Sequence record: PV577658 | Reading direction: 5' to 3' (one strand) | Origin: Escherichia phage vB_EcoS_MM-2 | Length of the DNA: 64,000 bases | Shown here: positions 1 through 8,702 of the stretch, piece by piece | How positions within the stretch are numbered: position 1 is the first letter of the stretch | Layout of the letters: the number at the start of each line of letters is the position of its first letter | The notes under the pieces: model-generated | Databases searched by the model: none | The model's input: only the letters and a program-made list of their open reading frames with translations | What the model was told of the DNA's origin: nothing | Program-made: the position numbers and the translations under genes

Positions 1-234
1 GGAACAAATCTAGATGTATCACCTTATAATCCATATTGCTTGTTTGATGAAGACAGAGATGAAGTAAAATGTAATCTTGAATTTGTGTATAATAGAGTGC
101 TAAAAGTATACCAACGTAGCCCCCATGGGTACGAAGATATTACTTGGAGTATTAAACAATATCTTAAAGATGTATACTCTAGTTTTTCTGATGAAGACCT
201 AGAAACAGTTGCAGTGGAGTTTAATAATGACTAA
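1..234 (+). CDS. hypothetical protein, probably 5'-truncated by the window edge
   Basis: Frame of track ORF 40..234 stays open back to base 1 with no stop; no recognisable motif. Confidence 0.35.
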   Translation, partial: GTNLDVSPYNPYCLFDEDRDEVKCNLEFVYNRVLKVYQRSPHGYEDITWSIKQYLKDVYSSFSDEDLETVAVEFNND

Positions 235-433
235 GAATGTGAAACACCTTAAATATCGCTTAATTTACAACGGACGTATGGAAACGGAAGACCTGGCCAA
301 ATTAGCTATTAACTCTAATGAGGTTACAGTGCGTGCGCTGGCAATTGAAAAGTTGCGTGCCTCTTATGAAAATCGTGTTATGGAACTAGAGGAGAAACTT
401 TATGGCATTCTCGAAGCCGATGCTACCAGATAA
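209..433 (+). CDS. hypothetical small early protein
   Basis: Track ORF, tightly packed with neighbours on the same strand; no recognisable motif. Confidence 0.4.
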   Translation: MQWSLIMTKNVKHLKYRLIYNGRMETEDLAKLAINSNEVTVRALAIEKLRASYENRVMELEEKLYGILEADATR

Positions 434-623
434 GGGTTTAAACGCCGCTTTGGAAAACGCATTAATGCAGCACTGGGAAACTGGCTATAAGGATGGTGTT
501 GAATCCTGCGCTACTATGCTAGAAGTTATTGCTAATACCTTAATGGAGAAAGGCAATAAAGAATTAGCTGAGCTATTAGACAGTATTGGGCAAAACTTCA
601 GAGAACAGGTGAAAAATGCGTAG
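402..623 (+). CDS. hypothetical small early protein
   Basis: Track ORF; stop overlaps the start of the Sir2-like gene. Confidence 0.4.
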   Translation: MAFSKPMLPDKGLNAALENALMQHWETGYKDGVESCATMLEVIANTLMEKGNKELAELLDSIGQNFREQVKNA

Positions 624-1452
624 ATTAATTATTATTAGCGGTGCAGGTTTGAGTGTTGAAAGTGGTGTACGAGCTTTTCGTACTGATACTGCTAGTGGTA
701 AAGCATTGTGGGATGACTATGATCTAGAAGAAGTATGTAATATTCATGCCTTTCGTGGTAATTTTTATCATAAAACCCACATGTTTTACAACAAGCGTCG
801 TGAAGAGCTAAAAACTGTTGAACCCAATCTTGCGCATTTGCGTATTGGTGAATGGTATAAACAATATCCAGGTCAAGTAGTAAACTTGACTACCAACGTT
901 GATGACCTTATTGAGCGTGCTGGCGTCCCACATAGTGACATTCTGCACATTCACGGATATTTAAAAGAGGTTGTTGTAGCTGATAGCTACAATAGTAGCA
1001 ATAAACGGATTATTGATGTAGGATACAATTCTATTGATCCAGATGATTATAAATGGGTTAAACCTAATGTAATCTTCTTTGGAGAGCATGCTCCTGCATA
1101 CGCAGAAATGTATAATGTTTTTGATGGTATTACCAGTCAAGATATGATCATTGTGGTTGGTTGCTCTAACCAAGTAATTAACTTCTACTGGGAATTATTT
1201 CCTGTTCTTAATTTGACTGCTGCGAAACTTATGGTTGTTAACTACTATGATAGTGCCCTCGCAGCGGAACCGGTCTATCAAGGTATGACTCGTAGTGAGA
1301 TGTACCAGCTGGAGGAACGCGGTATCCCTTACTGGAGTAAAGGTGCGGTAGATGCTTTCAGTGACCCTGATTTTATTGCTCGTGTAGAAGCTCATTTAGA
1401 GGGTAGACCTTATGTGTCGAGAAGCAAGAGAAACAGGTATGTCCATAGTTAA
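616..1452 (+). CDS. Sir2-family (sirtuin-like) NAD-binding protein, apparently lacking the Zn-ribbon module
   Basis: Motifs SGAGLSVESGVRAFR (Sir2 GAGIS..SGIP.FR), TTNVDDLIERAG (TQNID-like), HIHGYL (catalytic His), VIFFGEH, VVGCSNQV. No Cys-x2-Cys pairs between the His motif and the FGE motif. Confidence 0.7.
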   Translation: MRRLIIISGAGLSVESGVRAFRTDTASGKALWDDYDLEEVCNIHAFRGNFYHKTHMFYNKRREELKTVEPNLAHLRIGEWYKQYPGQVVNLTTNVDDLIERAGVPHSDILHIHGYLKEVVVADSYNSSNKRIIDVGYNSIDPDDYKWVKPNVIFFGEHAPAYAEMYNVFDGITSQDMIIVVGCSNQVINFYWELFPVLNLTAAKLMVVNYYDSALAAEPVYQGMTRSEMYQLEERGIPYWSKGAVDAFSDPDFIARVEAHLEGRPYVSRSKRNRYVHS

Positions 1453-1621
1453 ATCTGTATATACACATCCCGACGATATATTTGTATGGGCAGATGGTAG
1501 TTGGTGCTATCGCTGTGAGCTGTGGGAGATGGACTATAAATCCGATGACTATGGTGTTATATATGTTGATACGGTTGAGTATGATACGTTCTTAGAAAGG
1601 AACAAAAATGGAAATAAGTAA
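1412..1621 (+). CDS. hypothetical protein (likely starts at internal Met near 1439)
   Basis: Track ORF overlapping the Sir2-like gene end; no motif. Confidence 0.35.
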   Translation: MCREARETGMSIVKSVYTHPDDIFVWADGSWCYRCELWEMDYKSDDYGVIYVDTVEYDTFLERNKNGNK

Positions 1622-2114
1622 TACTCCAATTATTTTTCTAGATATTGATGGGGTGCTCAATTCGAGCATCTCCCACCATCATGCACCTGATGACGAAAAG
1701 ATTTTCTTTGGAAGTGACTGGGTTTTCAAGCCGCTTCTCAAGGCTTTTCAGGACTTTATTCGTCCTTCTCCAATAATGATTGTTGGAGTATCATCTTGGT
1801 TCTCTGTCAGAAATGAGATGGAGAACGTTCAGATTATGACCGGATTAGGTCTTATCGATCGTTTTCTTGGTACAACGGATTTTACTGGGGGTGGGTTATC
1901 TAGGGGTAATTCTGTCCTTCGCTTCGTTGAAAAGCATAAGCTCAAACATTGGTGTGTTCTGGATGACGCTGGTGCTATGATGTATCAGTATCCAACGGTT
2001 ATAGTCAACGGTAGAACTGGAATAAATCTTCAAGATTTAATGGCTGTTAGCTATATGTTAGAGTTTAGTCCAGATCTTGAAATGTGTAAATCCTTACAAC
2101 AATTTAAGGTGTAA
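1608..2114 (+). CDS. HAD-superfamily phosphatase-like protein
   Basis: N-terminal FLDIDGVLN (HAD motif I, DxDG[TV]); remainder not assignable by eye. Confidence 0.5.
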   Translation: MEISNTPIIFLDIDGVLNSSISHHHAPDDEKIFFGSDWVFKPLLKAFQDFIRPSPIMIVGVSSWFSVRNEMENVQIMTGLGLIDRFLGTTDFTGGGLSRGNSVLRFVEKHKLKHWCVLDDAGAMMYQYPTVIVNGRTGINLQDLMAVSYMLEFSPDLEMCKSLQQFKV

Positions 2115-2116
2115 AT

Positions 2117-2545
2117 ATGTTCAATAATGTATTCTCTAAAGAAGCTAACCCAATTTTGGTTAACTTTTGGCGTACTCTCCCAGCTAGCCTGTATAATGAG
2201 GCTATTAACTCCTTGAAAATATGGTGTGAGAATAACGAAATCTCCTTTGCTTTTAAAGATGATATTGATGAGGCCCCCTGTATTGGTTTAATTGTGCAGG
2301 TAGAGGATGGTCTTGAAGAGATTGTCGGCTGGAAAGAGTTAGATGAAATGGGCTTAATTTTTGCGTTAAACTATAAGCTGTTTATGCCTGCTAAGCATCG
2401 CCTAGTTGTTAACTATAAAACTAGTGAATCTCCTGGTTTTCAGGTTAATGAACGTTATGGTTGGTCTTACTCACCGGAAGAAGTAAATGAGGGGATTCAG
2501 AAACTTCGACGTTTCGGGTATATGATCCCAGGTTTAACTGCTTAA
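2117..2545 (+). CDS. hypothetical protein, paralog 1 of a tandem pair
   Basis: Clear similarity to the downstream ORF: shared PCIG, W.EL..MGLI.ALN..LF.P, and C-terminal G(Y/I)(M/Y)(I/V)PGL. Confidence 0.5.
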   Translation: MFNNVFSKEANPILVNFWRTLPASLYNEAINSLKIWCENNEISFAFKDDIDEAPCIGLIVQVEDGLEEIVGWKELDEMGLIFALNYKLFMPAKHRLVVNYKTSESPGFQVNERYGWSYSPEEVNEGIQKLRRFGYMIPGLTA

Positions 2546-2554
2546 GGAGGCAGA

Positions 2555-2946
2555 ATGGAACAAGTATATTGGCGTCAGATTGACCCTAGTTTGGTGAAAC
2601 GTGCGGAGAAGCTGCTACAACGTTGGTTGTGGGTAAGACAAGCCTCCTTCACTTTTCCGAGCAGCAAACAGATGATCCCTGTATTGGTGTTTTCCTATCC
2701 GGCTACGCCGGGGAATGGGAATTGGATTGGAATGAATTGTCTGCTATGGGTTTAATTGTTGCCCTAAATTTCTCTTTGTTCCATCCACGTGGGTTGGCCA
2801 TACGTCGTGTGCCGGGTGATGGTTGTTCGCCCCATTTTTTACAGGTGGAAGATGATATTTGGGAGTACACTCCAGATATTCTCGCAGAAGCTAAAGAACA
2901 ATTAAATCGTGTTGGGATTTATGTTCCAGGCCTAAATGATGAATGA
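2555..2946 (+). CDS. paralog 2 of the tandem pair, reading frame interrupted (needs a -1 shift near 2653-2656)
   Basis: Track ORF 2555..2755 (frame 2) ends in ASFTF and track ORF 2623..2946 (frame 1) continues SEQQTDDPCIG; joined they align with paralog 1 (ISFAFKDDIDEAPCIG). Confidence 0.4.
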
Positions 2947-3031
2947 TTTTTATTAGCTGAAATTTGTAATCCGGGCTATTAGTGCTCGGATTATTACATA
3001 ATCTTTTCAGTCGATTGACAGTCAAAATAAA

Positions 3032-3538
3032 TTGTCGTTGACAATTTGGATGGATTATGTAATAATATATGTATTGGAGGTGAGGATGTCATTCACACAG
3101 CAAGAACTTTTAGATAACTTCCGATATGAAGATGGTAAGTTATTTAGAACTACAGGAAGAAATGCAGGGAAAGAATGTTGTGTTTCTACAGGTAACGGAT
3201 ATTATCGTATATCTCTAGGGAATAGGACTATGCTTCGGCATAGAGCAATATTTTTAATGCATCATGGATACTTACCTGATTTAGTAGATCATGTGAATAC
3301 TATAAAAGGTGATGATCGTATTGAAAATCTTAGAGAGCAGACAGTATCCGGTAATCTAAGAAATATCAAATATAAGAAAGGAATGCATGTTTACCCTTCT
3401 GGTAGTAAGAACTGGCAAGTGGTATTTACTATTAACCGTAAACGTATAGTTAAAGGAACATATGACAACTATGAGGTTGCATGTTCTATGGCCAAGATGT
3501 TTAGAGGTCAATTATACGGTAGGGAATCAATCCAGTAA
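3032..3538 (+). CDS. HNH homing endonuclease (likely start at Met ~3086)
   Basis: HNH motif LVDHVNTIKGDDRIENLREQT; free-standing between unrelated genes. Confidence 0.7.
   Translation: MSLTIWMDYVIIYVLEVRMSFTQQELLDNFRYEDGKLFRTTGRNAGKECCVSTGNGYYRISLGNRTMLRHRAIFLMHHGYLPDLVDHVNTIKGDDRIENLREQTVSGNLRNIKYKKGMHVYPSGSKNWQVVFTINRKRIVKGTYDNYEVACSMAKMFRGQLYGRESIQ
3038..3066 (+). promoter_or_regulatory. sigma70-like promoter upstream of the HNH gene, inside a TTGACAGTCAA palindrome region
   Basis: Two TTGACA hexamers (~3014 and ~3038), AT-rich -10 (aataat) 17 bp downstream of the second, then GGAGGTGA RBS. Confidence 0.4.
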
Positions 3539-3546
3539 AATTTCAT

Positions 3547-3600
3547 TTGCAAGGGAGTATTATTTTATAGTATAATATTCCCATAAATGAGAGACATTAG
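3547..3600 (+). promoter_or_regulatory. early-type promoter (TTGCAA-18-TATAAT plus conserved downstream box)
   Basis: ttgcaa ... tataat followed by attcccataaatgagag, a variant of the ATTCATAAATTTGAGAG box seen after other promoters in the window. Confidence 0.55.
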
Positions 3601-4073
3601 TAAAAATTGATTTTGCTAATTTTTCTTGTTTACAATCCGCGATACGGAACAGTTAGGCTGCCCCATTAAGGGTTGTTTTAACTGTTACGTGTTAGTTTTT
3701 AAACAAATAGTTAATAGAATACTTAGCGATCTACATCCCGTAGGAACCCTGGTAAGGCCTCGAAGCAACCTAGTGTGAGGTGGTTGTGAAGTGAGACGGG
3801 AAGAGTGAAAAACTCTGAGAAGTGATGACGTAAGGTATACTGCATCTAGTATGAGCTAGTACATGAAGCATTAGGTGAGCAAATCTGGCTTAGCGGCCAT
3901 CCTCAAGGATTTGTGCGGTATAGTGAAGCGGCAGTGTAGCGTGAAAGGGGAAGTTGCCACCCCCCTTCAGTATTTGCGATTAATTTGTTGAGAAATTGAC
4001 AGTAACAGTTGTTCTATTCTTTCTGAATAGTCCTAAAGAAAACTTATTTCATTTCCAACACAGGAGTATTGTT
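3601..4073 (+). other. ~470 bp non-coding, relatively GC-rich region downstream of a promoter; candidate ncRNA or cis-acting replication element
   Basis: No ORF of 60 aa or more on either strand; local stem-loops (e.g. gaaagggg..cccccttc near 3943-3968); sits directly upstream of the large helicase gene. Confidence 0.3.
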
Positions 4074-6860
4074 GTGTTCTCAATCCTACAAGGTCATGCA
4101 GGATTTCATCGCGATTTAGCCACAGGCATTTGGCGAGAAGTTAAAGCAGAAGACTATCTTTTTGCTAAAAGATTTTCCTCAAAGCATCCTGAAGGTAAAC
4201 CAGCTTCAATGCCCTTCAAGTTTGATGTAATTGATGAAGTTGATCCTCAAACCCTAGTAGAAATGCTCCCTCTTATGAGACGTTTAACGTCTGACCCTCA
4301 TATCGTTGCGGTACGAGGTCGATGTCTTGCACCCAAAAATAATGTGCGGCGTAAGAAGGGCAACTTTAATGTATCTAACCCAAGTCATATAATTGCAATG
4401 GACGTGGATGGTATTGTAGATACAGGTGGTTGTAACAAGTTTGATCTTGTTGGCATGGCTCGACATATTATTAGAATGTTAAATAGTATTAGTGAGGATA
4501 TGTTTCCTCTTGATGCAGGGTTTATTGCTCATGCATCGTCTTCGGCTGGGCTAAAACCAGGTATCCGAATGCACTTAATACTAGAATCTAATGTTAAAGT
4601 AACTCAGGGTCAAATCAAATTCTTATTTACATCTATCAATGAAAGTAGTAGACAAAAGTATGGCTTTGATATTGCCGACTTAGCTTATTACTCTTCCGTA
4701 CAGCTCCATTATTTTGCAGATCCGTTATTTACCGATGGTATAGTAGATCCGTTTAAGGCGGAGGGTGCTTCACGTCTGGTATTTGTTAAGGGTTCTAAAG
4801 TAAACTTACCTAATAATCTGGTTGACTATGAAACAACTAGAGGTGAGTTTAAGGAGGAGTTTTACTCTTTACTCGATCAAATTAAAGGTAAAAAAGCTGC
4901 CTCCGATAAAGTAGAGGAAACTATCAGCGAACTAGAAGAAGCTGAGGATGGAGTGTATCTACGTATCATACCTAAACTCTATCACAGAGCTTTAGAGGAT
5001 GGTGTTGATTTTGCATGGCTAGAAAAAGAAATCCGTCCAGCCTTATCAGAATATATTGCAACCAAAGATAATAGTCGTAATATTCAAGATTACTTTAATA
5101 ACGGTCGTAAACAGGCTCTGAAAGCATTTGTTAATAATTCTAAACGCGATATACCTGATGTTTTAAAAGGTATTCCACTTAAAAAGCTAGAAACTAACTC
5201 TCTAGAAACTGATAACTTCTTGAAATTAAATACTGTACCACCAGAAGGTTATATGACTTTTGTAAAAGCAAGTCTAGGTACAGGTAAAACTACGGCGGTT
5301 GTGCGTTGGTTAGATTCAGGAGTTATTAAAGGTAATTTCTTAGCAATTACCAATACTCGAGCACTGGTATCTTCAAATGCTAAGAAATTTAGTGCAGGAC
5401 AATATGATAAGTCTGTAGATATGCTTAATTTTAAGCGTGGTGCTATTGACCGTATGTCCACAACTATTCACTCTTTGCATAAGTTCAAGAGTTTTATTGG
5501 TCAAATCGATGCAATCTTTATAGATGAATGTGATGCTGTAATGAATGACCTATTATTCGCCCCGGTTGTTAAACAACGTCGTGAATGTATTCAGGTTCTT
5601 CGGGATATTCTTGCAACTGCAAAAATCATTATATTATCTGATGGGGATATTAGTGCAGAAACAATTGAAGCATATGGTTCTTTAATTGAGTTTGATAAAC
5701 CGGTTGCATTTTATAATCATCACCGAAAAATGCTATCAAAAGCTCATGCCTACGAGTTCCCTGATGAATCCAGTATTTGGGTTGCACTTCAGACTTCTCT
5801 AGAGATGGGTGAGAAATCTATCCTAGTATCTGACTGTGGGCCGGATGAACTGAATGAGAAGGGCATGGCGTTGCGTCGTAATACGGGTGCGTTAGTTAAG
5901 GAAATCCACTCAAACTCTACGTCTGATGTAGATATTCGACGTATTCTGGATTACACAACTAATGAGTTAATTGACCAACAAATTGATTGCTTATTATGTA
6001 GTCCATCCGTAACGAGTGGTGTTGACTTCAACTATTTTGATAACGTATTCGTTATTACTAGAACCAGTAACCAAGCGCCAAACATGCGTTTTCAAGCAAT
6101 CAGGCGCGACCGTGGTGCTCAGAACATTTATTATTTTATTGATAAATCTACGAGTGGATTCTCCGCAGGCTCTGAACAATATAATATTGATGAAGGTTGG
6201 CTGGAGTTAGCACAGCAATTATACGCACGTCGTAGGGAGCTGGAGTCTAGGAACTATACTAGTACTTTACGTTATTACTTGCTTGATCAGGGTGCAACTA
6301 TTGATATTTTCAGTGAAAGCTGGGGAACTATCGAAGGTGCAGGTAAAGAGTATACAGAAGAGCGAATCAAAGCCATTTTGTATTCAACTCCTGATTATTG
6401 TGCTCCACGCCATGCAGATGCATATGAAGCTAAACTACTTCTTGTTCGCTATTATCATCTTGAGTCTATTAAAGATGTAACAGTTGAGCATGTTGAGCAA
6501 TACATTAAGGATAAACCGAATGATCGAGCGGCATTCTTCCATAAAATGCACGAGATGTTCTGGGAAGATATTAAGAAGTGTTCAAATGTCACTATCAAAC
6601 CATTCATAGAAGCTCTGAAAGGCAAGAAGAAAGATTTCTTCCTTAAAACAGGTCAGAGTGCTAACCCAAAATATGCCAGAATGTATCTTGGTATGATGGG
6701 TATTGGCAAGGATATGAACACGGAGAATATTGTAGACTGGTACAGAACTTATTGTAAAATCGAGTGTATGCCAATTCCTTTCAAATTCATGACAGAGGAA
6801 GAGAAGGCTATGGCAGAAGAAGTACTGTCCGAACTTGGAGCAACTAATGAAGACGCATAA
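3996..6860 (+). CDS. large P-loop NTPase / helicase, putative replication initiation or origin-binding protein (probable start GTG ~4074)
   Basis: Walker A LGTGKTT and Walker B FIDECD; AGGAG RBS 7 nt before an in-frame GTG at ~4074; about 930-954 aa. Confidence 0.6.
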   Translation: MTVTVVLFFLNSPKENLFHFQHRSIVVFSILQGHAGFHRDLATGIWREVKAEDYLFAKRFSSKHPEGKPASMPFKFDVIDEVDPQTLVEMLPLMRRLTSDPHIVAVRGRCLAPKNNVRRKKGNFNVSNPSHIIAMDVDGIVDTGGCNKFDLVGMARHIIRMLNSISEDMFPLDAGFIAHASSSAGLKPGIRMHLILESNVKVTQGQIKFLFTSINESSRQKYGFDIADLAYYSSVQLHYFADPLFTDGIVDPFKAEGASRLVFVKGSKVNLPNNLVDYETTRGEFKEEFYSLLDQIKGKKAASDKVEETISELEEAEDGVYLRIIPKLYHRALEDGVDFAWLEKEIRPALSEYIATKDNSRNIQDYFNNGRKQALKAFVNNSKRDIPDVLKGIPLKKLETNSLETDNFLKLNTVPPEGYMTFVKASLGTGKTTAVVRWLDSGVIKGNFLAITNTRALVSSNAKKFSAGQYDKSVDMLNFKRGAIDRMSTTIHSLHKFKSFIGQIDAIFIDECDAVMNDLLFAPVVKQRRECIQVLRDILATAKIIILSDGDISAETIEAYGSLIEFDKPVAFYNHHRKMLSKAHAYEFPDESSIWVALQTSLEMGEKSILVSDCGPDELNEKGMALRRNTGALVKEIHSNSTSDVDIRRILDYTTNELIDQQIDCLLCSPSVTSGVDFNYFDNVFVITRTSNQAPNMRFQAIRRDRGAQNIYYFIDKSTSGFSAGSEQYNIDEGWLELAQQLYARRRELESRNYTSTLRYYLLDQGATIDIFSESWGTIEGAGKEYTEERIKAILYSTPDYCAPRHADAYEAKLLLVRYYHLESIKDVTVEHVEQYIKDKPNDRAAFFHKMHEMFWEDIKKCSNVTIKPFIEALKGKKKDFFLKTGQSANPKYARMYLGMMGIGKDMNTENIVDWYRTYCKIECMPIPFKFMTEEEKAMAEEVLSELGATNEDA

Positions 6861-7365
6861 ACCAATGCCTCCTATGGCATTTATCCTAGAAAAGCTTAGG
6901 TATGACGAAAGTACTGGGGACTTAATTTGGTTATCTGGCCCAAGGAAGGGAAAGGTAGCGGGCTCCAAAATGAAAACTGGGAGACAGCTAGAGTTTATGA
7001 TAAATGGGGGGCGGACAGCTTACTTAGCCCATAGAATAATCTGGTTTATAAAGACAGGTGAAGATCCTGGAGATAAAACTATTGACCATAAAGACGGTGA
7101 TAGTTTAAACAACTTGTGGGATAATTTACGTAAGGCTACCTATTCCGAAAATGGAAAGAATAAGAAGTGTTCTACTAATTCTACCGGATTCACTGGAGTT
7201 GTAAAACGAGGTAATAGGTATATGGCCTACGCTTACTGCGATGGAAAGCAACATATTTTTGGTAGACGAGATACCCCGGAAGAAGCCCATCAGCTATACC
7301 TTAGGGGAGTTAAAGAGCTGTTTGGTGAATTTAATCCCTCGGAGAGATATGACAGTGAAGAATAA
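6835..7365 (+). CDS. HNH homing endonuclease with AP2-like DNA-binding domain
   Basis: IDHKDGDSLNNLWDNLRKATYSEN (HNH); GFTGVVKRGNRYMAY (AP2-like); start overlaps the 3' end of the upstream gene. Confidence 0.7.
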   Translation: MEQLMKTHKPMPPMAFILEKLRYDESTGDLIWLSGPRKGKVAGSKMKTGRQLEFMINGGRTAYLAHRIIWFIKTGEDPGDKTIDHKDGDSLNNLWDNLRKATYSENGKNKKCSTNSTGFTGVVKRGNRYMAYAYCDGKQHIFGRRDTPEEAHQLYLRGVKELFGEFNPSERYDSEE

Positions 7366-7582
7366 AAAATGGGAAACAAGGAAGTTTCCAGTAAAAGAAC
7401 GTAAAGTTCCTGTTTATGATACTTCGGAGAAGCTATGTAGGGTGGTACCGCACAGATTAGCTGGCATCCCTAACATATCCGAGTGGTTACTTAAACAACG
7501 GAGGACTAGCGTATCCCTTCGCATAGGGTTTGAGTTAGATAAAGTATATGCTGAACTTTCTTCTTTGCTCAAGGAATCGTAA
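7241..7582 (+). CDS. hypothetical protein (likely start at internal Met ~7349)
   Basis: Track ORF; GGAGAG RBS precedes the internal ATG; no motif. Confidence 0.35.
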   Translation: MESNIFLVDEIPRKKPISYTLGELKSCLVNLIPRRDMTVKNKKWETRKFPVKERKVPVYDTSEKLCRVVPHRLAGIPNISEWLLKQRRTSVSLRIGFELDKVYAELSSLLKES

Positions 7583-7590
7583 AAATTTAT

Positions 7591-7650
7591 TTGCATAGTG
7601 CAAAAAATTTCTGTATAATAGATTCATAAATTTGAGAGAGGAGTTTAAAT
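7591..7650 (+). promoter_or_regulatory. strong early promoter of the T5 PN25 type
   Basis: aaaatttatttgcat(-35)..17 bp..tataat(-10) then agattcataaatttgagagaggagttt; matches my recollection of the PN25 promoter used in expression vectors. Confidence 0.65.
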
Positions 7651-8355
7651 ATGGCTGGTTCTCGTAGAAAGAAACATATCCATGAAATCCCGGATGAAGT
7701 CTTTAAAAAGGTTATAGAGCATCTGGAGAACGGTGGTACTAAGAAAGCAGCATGTGAAATGCTCGGCGTATCATCCAATCCAACTATGGAAAGGATGATT
7801 GAAGAATGGCAAGACCGCCAGATTCAAGTTGCCGAAATGAAGAAAAAGAAACGTGGCACACTCATTGAAGGCATTGAGTTAGCTAACGTTATTGAGCAGT
7901 ATTTATCTGGTGATTCTTTTGAAGAAATTGCCGATCGTAATTACCGCTCTGTAGCAATGGTTAAATCTGTTCTGGAACGATATGGTGCTCTACTTCGTTT
8001 GAACGATATTGTAGATCCATTGAATCCTCCAATTATTCCTGATGATGCTGTAGCAGAAGAATTTGCAGTTGGTGAGCTTGTTTGGGTTCCTGGATACCAG
8101 TGTATCGGTGAAATCAAAAAAGCAATGGATAATCCTGTTGGTTGCTACCGTGTATGGCTTCTATCCGAAGGCAAACAACAGAACGTTCATTATATGAATT
8201 ACGAGCTGGCTTCTGTTAAACATCTGGAAAAGTTAGGGGTAGACGTAAAATCTCTAGGGTATAAGTGGACTCGTGAAGAAATTATTACGTTGATTAACGA
8301 AGCTGTTAAGGCTGCTCTGAAACTTGATAAAGAAAAAGGAAAACGCCGTGAGTAA
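7651..8355 (+). CDS. putative helix-turn-helix DNA-binding / regulatory protein
   Basis: N-terminal GGTKKAACEMLGVS HTH-like segment; lysine-rich linker. Confidence 0.45.
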   Translation: MAGSRRKKHIHEIPDEVFKKVIEHLENGGTKKAACEMLGVSSNPTMERMIEEWQDRQIQVAEMKKKKRGTLIEGIELANVIEQYLSGDSFEEIADRNYRSVAMVKSVLERYGALLRLNDIVDPLNPPIIPDDAVAEEFAVGELVWVPGYQCIGEIKKAMDNPVGCYRVWLLSEGKQQNVHYMNYELASVKHLEKLGVDVKSLGYKWTREEIITLINEAVKAALKLDKEKGKRRE

Positions 8356-8599
8356 GCTAACAGATTTGCTTAAGGATGGTGAAACAAAAACCGTGTATCG
8401 TAGAAGCTGGGATAATGACAATAATGGCTTAGTGTTACTAACTTTAGACGCTGACTCAGATGTAGCTACCCAACATACCTGGGTAGCTGGTAATTATCCC
8501 TATAGTGAGGTTGTTACGTTAACAGTATGCGAAGCTATTGCCGACGATTGGGAGATTGCCAGCATTGATGATATGCTTGCTGTTGGCCTGGTGGAGTAA
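8324..8599 (+). CDS. hypothetical protein (likely start GTG ~8348)
   Basis: Track ORF; no motif. Confidence 0.35.
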   Translation: MIKKKENAVSKLTDLLKDGETKTVYRRSWDNDNNGLVLLTLDADSDVATQHTWVAGNYPYSEVVTLTVCEAIADDWEIASIDDMLAVGLVE

Positions 8600-8616
8600 C
8601 TACTGAAAAATTTCAG

Positions 8617-8660
8617 TTGCTTAATCCTATAATTCTTGATATAATATTCTCATAGTTTGA
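8617..8660 (+). promoter_or_regulatory. early promoter (TTGCTT-17-TATAAT)
   Basis: ttgctt..tataat followed by attctcatagtttgaaag, a variant of the downstream box. Confidence 0.5.
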
Positions 8661-8702
8661 AAGAACTATTCTGTTTAATTCTTAATTAAGGAAATATAAA
8701 AT

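Noticed and set aside
961-1395. Minus-strand ORFs 961..1173 and 1195..1395 antisense to the Sir2-like gene
   Set aside because: Fully nested in a well-supported plus-strand gene, low-complexity products, no RBS; judged spurious.
3539-4073. tRNA genes or a group I intron in the long non-coding region
   Set aside because: No T-loop-like GTTCRANYC with matching acceptor stem found by eye, and no recognisable group I core elements; kept only as an unclassified candidate ncRNA or regulatory region.
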